NCBI RefSeq assembly: GCF_001194135.2
Contig: NC_068981.1
Location: 98,145,080 to 98,209,079 of the forward strand
Direction: 5' to 3'
DNA from: Octopus bimaculoides
Taxonomy: Eukaryota
Length of the DNA: 64,000 bases
Made by a program: the position numbers and the translations under genes. The notes below the pieces were generated by a model. The model was not told where the DNA came from, ran no database searches, and saw nothing but the letters and a program-made list of their open reading frames with translations. Each line of letters opens with the position of its first letter. The first letter of the stretch is position 1. Shown one piece after another: positions 54,465 to 64,000 of this stretch.

Positions 54465-54524
54465 GAAAGAAAGAAAGAAGAATGAAAGAAAGAGAAAGAG
54501 AAAGAAAGAGAGAGAGAAAGAAAG

Positions 54525-54558
<34 letters not shown>

Positions 54559-54562
54559 TAAG
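54465..54562. repeat. (AAAG)n microsatellite
   Basis: Direct reading. Confidence 0.95.
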
Positions 54563-55912
54563 AAAAATGGTTTTGCTAAATATGAACCAAGCAACAGAAC
54601 ACAGCAGTCATGAGATTGAAAGGCAGTGCATGTTTATTGGAAAAACAGAAATGATTGACAAAAGCAACAAAGGTATGTGGTGTGAATGGATAATAAGGAC
54701 CCAGAAGTTTAGTATGAATCCTAACGACTTCAAGAGATCAATGGCATTTGTGAGAGAGACATACACAGAAAATGAAAAAAAAAAAAAAAAATGAGCCACA
54801 TATGAAGAATGAGGTGCAACTACTGTGCTAAGCACGCCCACTGAAGCACTGATATTGTGTGATATGGTGTGTATGCATAATATTCTGATGATTAACTTTC
54901 ATTAGCATTACAACTGATTTTTGTCAAGAATGATGGTAAGACATTTGGTAAAAGTTCCTCCTTCTCCCCCCTCTCATGCTTTCTCTCTTTCATACTCTGC
55001 CAGTTCTGACCAAAATGTTGATTGTGATTGATAGCCTAAATATTACATTATTTCAGCTTTGTTATGATTAGAATTTATATAATTTTACAGAAAAAGCAGA
55101 GCCGATCTATTCTTGTATTTATATGAATCGGATTCTTATTTGAAGCAAAAGCAGAAAAAAAGAAAACGATTTTAAAATAGAACAAAACTATTAGTCTAAC
55201 ACACACACACACACACACACGCATACGCACACGCACACGCGCGCGCGCGCGCGCGCGGACAACTTTCAGACAGAATATTTATCAAGTCTAGCCTTGCTTC
55301 AGCAGACATTTCATTTCAGGAGGAGCATGGTGGAATGAATAGATAATATTGTAATAATAGAGGCAAAACGTTTTTTTTAAACAAAACAAAAAAAGTTCTA
55401 AGCATAATACTGAATTACAACAACTGTGTAGGAGGATGTGAGAGAGAAACGAAGAAAGGTAGACAAAAAGAAAGACACACACACACACACATACATACAC
55501 ACACACAGATACATACACAGTAGCACAAATGTCTGGTATGTGCAATCCTATTATTTGTCAAGAACATAAAGATACATATTGATAGAGAACCTTTGCAGGT
55601 AGCTGTCAACTGGGAGACAGTTTTTATACACTGGTTTTATGTCAAAGCCAATACACAAGCCCAGTCAAATGAATAATATTATTATTATGGCAAGCTGACT
55701 GAATCATTAGCATGCCAGGCAAAATGCTTAGCGACATTTTGTCCATCTTTACATTCTGAGTTCAAATTCCATCAAGGTCGATTTTGCCTTTTATTCTTTC
55801 GGGGTCAATAAATTAAGTACCAGTGAAACACTGGGGTCAATGTAATCGACTAGTCTCTTCCTCCAAAATTCGAGGCCTTGTGCCTTTAATAGAAATTATT
55901 ATTATTATTACA

Positions 55913-56104
55913 ATTAAACCTTGGGAGAGGCATTATGCCGGTAATAAACACACACACTGGTTCAGTCCTTTATTAATTTATAAACAGTATTTAGTTTTGT
56001 TTTTTGTTTTTTTTTTAGTTTTTAGTTTTTTTGTTATAAATTAATAAAGGACTGAACCAGTGTGTGCGTTTATTACAGGCATAATGCCTCTCCCAAGGTT
56101 TAAT
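55913..56104. repeat. 192-bp fold-back element with 71-bp arms
   Basis: 55913-55983 versus 56034-56104 reverse complement, 2 mismatches, 50-nt T-rich spacer. Confidence 0.95.
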
Positions 56105-56221
56105 AGTATTTCTTTCAACACACGTATCCACATCAAGAATCTTGCACACGAAATACACATACGAAATATTATTATCATTATTATTATCATCATCATCATC
56201 GTTATTATTACTGCTACTACA

Positions 56222-56560
56222 CTGCACATGGCTCAGTGGTTAGAGCATTGGATTCACAATCATGAGGTGGTGAGTTTGATTCTTGGACTGAACTGCTTGT
56301 TGTATTCTTGAGCAAGACACTTTATTTCATGTTGCTCCAGTTCACTCAGCAGTAGAAATGAGTTGCAATGTCAGTGGTGCCAAGCTGTATCAGCCTTTGC
56401 CTTTCCCTTGGATAACATAGGTGGTGTGGAGAAGGGAGGCTGATATGCATGGGTGACTGCTGGTCTACCATAAACAACCTTGCTTGGACTTGTGCCTCGG
56501 AGGAGAACTTTCTCGGTGCAATCCCATGGTCATTCATTACTGAAGGGGGTCTTTACCTTT
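56222..56560 (+). mobile_element. tRNA-derived SINE family C (about 330 bp); other copies at about 7025-7305(+), 39760-40100(-), 61105-61340(+)
   Basis: A box tggctcagtggttagagc, B-box-like gagtttgattc, shared body tcttgagcaagacactttatttca…gaagggggtcttta. Confidence 0.9.
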
Positions 56561-56594
56561 TTTACTACTGCTACAATTATTATTATTATTATTG

Positions 56595-57625
56595 AAAGCG
56601 ACAAGTTGGCAGAATTGTTAGCATGCTTGGCAAAATGCTTAGCAGCGTCTCATCCATTTTTATGTTCTGAGTTTGAATTCTGCCAAGGCCAACTTTGTTT
56701 TCATCTTTTCGAGGTCAATAGAGTAAATACTCGCTGAACACTGGGGTCAATGTAATTGACTTACCTCCCCCAACTTGCTGGCCTTGTGCCAAACTTTGAA
56801 ATCATTATTATTACTACAACTACAATTATTATTATATCAATTATTATTATCATTAACCATTATTGAGTGAGAGAGCAGAGCATGCCATCAAAGTGACACT
56901 GGAGTAAAATATATTATGAAGGCAGTGAGCTGATAGAATCATTAGCACATCAGGTCAAATGCTTAGTGGTACTTCATCTGCTGCTACATTCTGAGTTCAA
57001 ATTCTGCTGAGGTCGACTTTGCCTTTCATCCTTTTGGTGTTGATAAATTTAGTACCAGTAAAACACTGAGGTCGATGCCATTGACTATCTCCCTCCCCCA
57101 ATTTCAGGCCCTGTGCCTACAGTAGAAAGGATTATTATTATTATTATTATTATTATTATTGAAGGCAGCAAGCCGGTAGAATTATTAACACACCTGGCAA
57201 AATGTTTAGTGGTGTTTCAACTGTCAATACAGTACTAGGTGCTTTTTCATGTTACAAGCACTAGCATGGCTACCACACACATATTATTATTATTATTATT
57301 ATTACTATTATTATTATTATTATTACTATTATTATTACTATTATTATTATTATTATTATTATTATTACTACTACTATTATTATTATTATTATTACTATTA
57401 TTGTAATTATTATTATTATTATTATTATTATTATGATTATGATTATGGCTGTGAACTAGCAGAATCATTAGCATGCCCAACAAAATGCTTGCCTTCCATA
57501 CTTTCAGGGTTGATAAATTAACATACCAGTGAAACACTGGCGGTCAATGCAATTGTCTAGTCCCCACCCCACTGCCTAAGTTTCAGGCCTTGTGTCTTTA
57601 ATAGAAAGGATTATTATTATAATTA
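56595..57625 (+). mobile_element. Array of family-B SINEs (three near-full, one truncated) separated by (TTA)n tracts; other copies at about 3760-3915(-), 36975-37180(+), 46480-46600(-), 55690-55895(+), 63130-63352(-)
   Basis: Same consensus as the 21948 array. Confidence 0.9.
57281..57446. repeat. (TAT)n trinucleotide microsatellite
   Basis: Direct reading; source of the poly-Y and poly-N ORFs. Confidence 0.98.
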
Positions 57626-57882
57626 TTATTATTATTATTATTATTTTATATTAGTTTATATATCAAAACTATATTTCTATATGTTTATATAGAATAAGAC
57701 AGAAAAATATAACAACACAACATCTTCAGGCCTCCATCTTCTGTAAACTATATAGTTGTGCTAACTGCTACACCAAAATAACATCACAACTTTGACTATT
57801 GAAATTGAGAGACTAAATAGCCTAGATTATATACAAGCAGCCTGTCAATTGGGGCATCTCAGTCCACACAGTATTAGGGTGA

Positions 57883-57935
<53 letters not shown>

Positions 57936-59433
57936 TCTAATAGAGGAAAAGATGGTAAAAATGCTGTATAATTACATGTAAGATTAACTCTTAATATTCC
58001 GTCTTCAAAGTACTTATTTGGAAGAAAGCAAAGGAGAACCTTAGAGCAAGAAGTTAGATTGAAGGGAAATCTAAATTGTACAGTAGTAGTCAATAATAAA
58101 TCTTAATACTTTTATGACTTATGTCTTCACCAGTGAAGACTCTCATGATGGTATTAATGTTGTTATAACAACAGCAGAAAGAACTCCTAATTGTGAAGAG
58201 TCATTTGGAAATCATTACAGAAATTATTAATACTCAGATCTTACTAAACTACTAAACAACAATGGAATTTTTTCCAAAAATGTTTGACTAATTCAATTAC
58301 AAAATATCAAATTAGTTTTAAAATTTACCGAAAATAAATCAAAATTAAATATAATCAACACTTCAAAATGAAACCCATCTCGAACAAGAGCCATGAAAAA
58401 AAGCAGTGCCTTAAGTATAATCAATTTATCTTCACGTTTTTCTGTGAATTCATTCATCTTGATTACAAAAGAATTGTTACTTTAAAACAGTCACACAACC
58501 TTAACTGTTATATAATGCAAGCAGTTTTTTCTTTAAGTTAAATAATATTCTCAATTGATTTAGATTAACCAAAGCACTTCATTTCCATTTACATTTCAAA
58601 CAGTTATTTACACAAAAGCTGAACACCTTGAAATTTTCATCAGCTGAAAGAAAACATTGATATTTCTGTTTCATTCACAGCCATTAAGACATGGATTTCT
58701 TTTAAAGTTCACTTTAAGCACGGAACATCACAAGCAAAACTTGAAGCTGATATATCCAAGATTAAACTTATCAATAATCAACACAAGCTGTCAAAGAAAT
58801 TTGAATAGTGAGTGCTTTTGCTAGAGAGAGAGAGAGAGAGGGGAAGACAAACAAAGAGAAAAGAAGAAAAAAAAACTAATAAACAAGTGAGAAGAGAAAG
58901 TAGTTTAACTGAAAGGAAAGTCATGTGCTTAAAACTGATAGAGAGAATATTATTAGAGTTCTTCAGTTCAACAGGATTGGTAAAAGGGTAGACAATAAGT
59001 CTTAGCAACTAAGTGGCTTTGATTACAAAGACAATATTACATAAAACCCAGAGGAAGGTTTTATTTTTATATACTGAAAATAAAACGGTATAGTAGCACC
59101 TTATCCCACCTTCCTCTACATACTGCTCCTCCTCTGGAATAATAATAATCAAAGCATTCAACTCACACCCACCTAGCCAGTTTATATATCGGGAACACTG
59201 TTCAATATACCTTTTGTGTATAAGATAGTAGGATATCGTTTCAGAGAAATTCAGTTGCTGTTTCTAGCAGGTCAAAAAACTGATTACATTACATTAGCTC
59301 ATTGATGATAAGGATGTTTGCCATGGTCATGATGATTGATGATATCTCTCTCGTTTACATTAATTTTTCCCTGCTGTTCATTGACATTGGTGGAATAATT
59401 TTCCCAAATTTCATTTCCTATTTGCATATTGAA

Positions 59434-59937
59434 GCAAGAAAAGTAGTTAGGTTAGAAAATCTCAATAAGAGATGAAAGTAGTAATTATACTAAGAAGTAG
59501 TGTTTGTCACCACATCAATACAGCTGTTCAACTTTACTACCATCTTAACCAACAGGCAGATGCTGCGCCTGCTGGTTACCAGTGCAACCTGCACCCTGTG
59601 TATATTGCAAGCAAGGGAATGAGCCCCTACCATCCTCTAGCAGACGACAGGATCATGAGATTGAATGGTTTTGGGATACTTGTGCTCATCTTCAGTCGTC
59701 AACACCCGACCGCTAGAAAGAGCAGGAATGTGCTCCAGCTCGCAATATATAGAAAACTAAGTGACCATCAGTCACTGATCTTGCAAGAAGCAAAGTAGCT
59801 AGTTAGAAAATCTCAATAAAAGATGAAAGTAATAACTATACTAAGAAGTAATGTTTATCACCATACCAATATGGCTGTTCAACGTAACTACTGCTTTAAC
59901 CCCAGGCAGATCCTCCACCAGCTGGTTACTAGTGCAA
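59434..59937. repeat. Diverged direct repeat, about 155 bp x2, period about 349 bp
   Basis: 59434-59587 versus 59783-59937 (gcaagaa…ttagaaaatctcaataa…ggtta(c/t)agtgcaa). Confidence 0.85.
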
Positions 59938-60244
59938 TTTTGTTTTTTACAGTAAGTAGGCAGTTTTTCCATTTTCTTCTTTAATAAAGTGTGATATGAG
60001 TTGGGCAGGGTAGTCGCTGTTTCTAACAGATCAAGCAACTATGCAGAGGCTCTTTTGATGACTTGAACAACAAGGTTTTACATCCAAATCAGGGTGAACA
60101 CAACTAAAAGGTTGCTGCAGTGAACTTTCTAGTCAGAAATCCAGCACCTTGAACCTCATAACCATAACATATTTTATACAAAAAGTAGAATGCTATAATC
60201 CTTGTTTCTCATCTTTAAAAACAAATACTTCTTAAATAATTGCA

Positions 60245-60472
60245 TTAACCCTGTAGCATTTAAACTGGCCATATCCAACCCAAAAATTCTACTTGTTCTA
60301 TGTTTGAACTGACCAGGTCCAGCCTCTTCATATCTACTCTATAATGTCATTCAAAAAATTAACAATCACATCACTGAAATCTGAGCTACTTGATGAAGTA
60401 TGATTAAGTCAAAAAAAATGGAAGCATATAAGCATTACATTTGACAGAATAATCTGAATGCCTAAGGGTTTA
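60245..60472. mobile_element. piggyBac-type MITE, copy 3
   Basis: TTAA-CCCTGTAGCATT…AATGCCTAAGGG-TTTAA; same internal sequence. Confidence 0.75.
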
Positions 60473-62659
60473 AAGCTATGCAAACTAATTCAACTCCTTA
60501 GTGAACAGTTTTCTAATAAAATACAATCCTTATGATTTAGTTAATTTTAGGAATGAGGAAGAACTTGGAAGAGTTTAGTAATATAAATAGCTTTTATGTT
60601 ATTTAGTACAATTAGTAGGTGTCTTGAAAGTGCATTAATAGTATACCCTTATGCAATATAATGATGGAAGGTTTTAAATTTAAATATATACACTTTAAAG
60701 CGGGTACCTTAGTATCAAAGAACTAGAAACAGTTTCAGGTAGGTTCATATCAAAAGAGTTAATGAGAGACTAGAGAAAGGAAAAAATGTAGCATTTTAAA
60801 ATTTCATTTAATATGTGGAACTGAGTTAAAGTCCGACTCTGAATACAGATTTATTGTGAATCAAAAGAGAAAAAAAAACAAAACAATTTGACAGAATTAA
60901 CAAAAAGGCAGTATTAAGTTTTTCATGACTGGATTTCTAATGAAATACACAGTCTGAATGTTGTAGTTAATTTTGAAAATTTTTTTTCAATTTTAAGGAT
61001 TAAGTAAAATAACTTCATTATAAAACTTGTGACTGGAATGTAACTTAAAAGATTTTTTTTACATGAAATTATGATGAAAGGTTTACACTTAACACTTTGT
61101 AGAGGTGCGAGGCTTAGTGGTTCAGGTGTTGGACTCATGATTATAAGATTGTGGTTTCGATTCCTGGACCGGGCAACGCATTATGTTCTTGAGCAAAACA
61201 CTTCATTTCATGTTGCTCCAGTTCACTCAAGCTGGCAAAAATGAGTAATCCTGCAATGGACCGGCATCCCATCCAGGTGGGAAATATATACACCATGAAA
61301 CCAGCCCTTATGAGTCAGTGTGACTTGAGAAGGTAACTTTACCTTTTACCTTTACCTGTCCTGTGTATCACACATGATATATAGGAAATATTTCCTGTGT
61401 ATTATACGTGATACATAGAAAATATTTCCATGGTATCTGCGCATCATACATGATATATGTTCCCAATGTTTTTCAACCACCAGGGTAGCTTGGGGTTTAT
61501 CAAAGGAGAGCATTATGTTACTTAAAACGTATGAAACAAGAGCTAACTAAAAGTCTGAAAACAAAGCATGGATGTTTAGGACAAACATATGAAAATGCTA
61601 TGTACAAGCAAAGAGGTAGATATCATCATCATCATAGTCATTTAACATCCATATTCCAAGCAGGCATGGCATGGATGGTTTGACAGGATTCAATGGGTCC
61701 AAGGACCACATTGTGCTCCAGTGTCTGCATTTGCAAGGTTTCTATAACTGGATGCCCTTCCTAACACCAACCACTTTACAGCATATACTGAGTGATTTTT
61801 TCACCAGCACTAATGAGGTCACCATACAGCTTACAAGACTGTGAACCCCAAGAGGAGGACAATTTTATGCTAGGAGATGAGGAATAGCATATGAGAAAAA
61901 AGGATTTCTTACTTTAAAGAAGCTACATGACTACTCACATTTTAGAAGAGAGGATGGGAATGACTGAGTAGAGCGATAAAAAATCGAAGTAATGAGGTGT
62001 CAGGTTGGACCTTCAAAGTATGAAGTGGGTAATCAACACTTTACAAAAGGTAGAGTTTGTAATATTTGAACCTGAAGTTGCATCAGGCTTGTCGATATCA
62101 AAAGAGTTTGTTTTTTTAAATGTTTGTACTGAAATGAACAGATGACAAGTAAAGGGAATTGAATTAAAGTGTATAATATATAATCAATTTCTTTAGATGT
62201 TCAAATATTTGGCTTTTATATTTGTCTTTTCAATTAAAAAAAAAGGCAAACGGGTTATTTTCCACTTGTACATAACAAATATCAAAACAGTTTTAAGATC
62301 AATGACTTTCATGAGTAACTGTTTATATACAGTAGTGGCATCAAAATCATAACATTTTAAGAATGAAATGGCATAAATGAAGAAATATAATAGAAGACCA
62401 ATATTTTCCATGTCACTTGTGAGCATAACATTAGTACCATTACACCACAGTTGCCCTAAAAAAGAAATTAACAAAAACCTCAATGTTTCTGCAATCACAC
62501 ACATACACATGCACATCTAATATAATAAATGCGAAAACTAATTTTTGTATGTTACACTTAGACCCCCCCTCTCACTATTCAATGACACTCCAACTATTCT
62601 TCATGATGGAGTGAGAGTAATAGTAGGCATAGAGATGGTGAAGGCAGTGGTGAAAACAG

Positions 62660-62802
<143 letters not shown>

Positions 62803-63363
62803 CAAAGAAATTTAGGGAGAGTTGATGTTTTATTAAAAGTAGTAGTATTGATGGTGACAGTGGGAATAATAATAAAAGAAAGAGAAAGAGTGGGTATGTG
62901 AGAGAAAGAGGGAGATGTATAACTTTGTTTAACCATGTCTCTTTGACAGAAATTTCTGTTGCCAACATACTGAACACTATCATTATTGTTTTATTTTTTG
63001 CTTTCTCTAATACATATGCACACACACACACACACATAAAATACACTTTAATTGAAATAAAGTTTCCCCAAAATGAAACATATCTAATATAAGAAATGTG
63101 AAAGTCAGTGGGTCATATTTTTTCAACTTTAATAAATCCTTTCTACTGGAAGCACAAGACCTCAAATTTTGGGGGAGGGAACTAAGTCGACTACATTGAC
63201 CCCTGTATGTAACTGGTACTAATTTTATTGACCCGAAAGGATGAAAGGCAAAGTCGACATCAGTGGAATTTGAACTCAAAACTTAACGGCAGACGAAATA
63301 CCGATAAGCATTTCGCCCGGTGTGCAAACAATTCTGCCAGCTAGCCACCTTAATATGATCATT

Positions 63364-64000
63364 ATCATCATCATCATCGTTTAATGTACGCTTTCCATGC
63401 TAGCATGGGTTGGACGACTTGACTGAGGACTGGTGAAACCGGATGGCAACACCAGGCTCCAATCTAAATTTGGCAGAGTTTCTACAGCTGGATGCCCTTC
63501 CTAACGCCAACCACTCAGAGAGTGTAGTAGGTGCTTTTACGTGTCACCTGCACGAAGGCCAGTTAGGCGATACTGGCAACGGCCACGCTCGAAATGGTGT
63601 CTTTTATGTGCCACCCGCACAAGCGAGTCCAGGGGCACTGGCAACGATCTCGCTCGAAAATCCTACGGGAGCCAGTCAGGCGGTACTGGCAACGGCCACG
63701 CTCAGAATGGTGCATCTCATGTGTGACCCGCACAATAGCCAGTCCAGGGGCACTGGCAACGATCTTACTTGGCTTGCCGGGTCTTCTCACGCACAGTACA
63801 TTTCCAAAGGTCAAGGTCAGTAGTCATCGCCTCGGTGAGGCCCAATGTACGAAGGTCTTGCCTCACCACCTCAGCCCAGGTCTTCCTGGGCCTACCTCTT
63901 CCACAGGTTCCCTCAACTGTTAGGGTGTGGCACTTTTTCACGCAGCTATCCTCATCCATTCTCACCACATGTCCATACCAGAGCAATCGTCTCTCTTGCA
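63364..64000 (-). mobile_element. Young RTE LINE 3' end (ORF C-terminus plus 3'UTR and (GAT)n tail); continues beyond the window
   Basis: Uninterrupted frame from window edge to stop at 63765: QERRLLWYGHVVRMDE…GTCGRGRPRKTW…DL…; 3'UTR with tandem units. Confidence 0.92.

Noticed and set aside
56222-56300. tRNA-like A/B boxes here and in other SINE heads
   Set aside because: They continue into SINE bodies, are multi-copy and diverged, and show no complete cloverleaf; not tRNA genes.
57247-57537. Poly-Asn/poly-Tyr ORFs and similar poly-RE/SL/YI/CV ORFs elsewhere
   Set aside because: Translations of microsatellites.

Overview
AT-rich, repeat-dominated eukaryotic genomic DNA from a gapped draft assembly (8 N-gaps). 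The SINE families, RTE-type tails and microsatellite load point to a coleoid cephalopod, most likely an octopus. This is my recognition of the repeats, not a database match. There is no complete protein-coding gene and no prokaryote-type system (no CRISPR, rRNA, tRNA gene or operon). The window looks like the intronic/5' part of a large minus-strand gene. One well-supported 60-nt exon lies at 8448-8507, and weaker exon candidates lie at 8985-9057, 9401-9641, 34076-34302 and 45585-45685; I cannot name the gene. Most recognisable sequence is transposon-derived: a full-length DD34D mariner with perfect TIRs, an internally deleted mariner, a DD37D (maT) element with a nested RTE tail, and Tigger/pogo, hAT-Buster, Chapaev3-like and Helitron helicase fossils. 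Also present are HERO/NeSL, Tx1-like, RTE and CR1-like LINE fragments, piggyBac-type and unclassified MITEs, and many tRNA-derived SINEs from four families. The most interesting items are a minimal hammerhead-ribozyme motif inside a 243-bp element bounded by perfect 26-bp inverted repeats, several long fold-back structures, head-to-tail SINE arrays, interchangeable minisatellite modules in RTE-type 3' tails, and a mariner resembling insect mellifera-subfamily elements. TE boundaries are approximate unless TIRs or TSDs are quoted.
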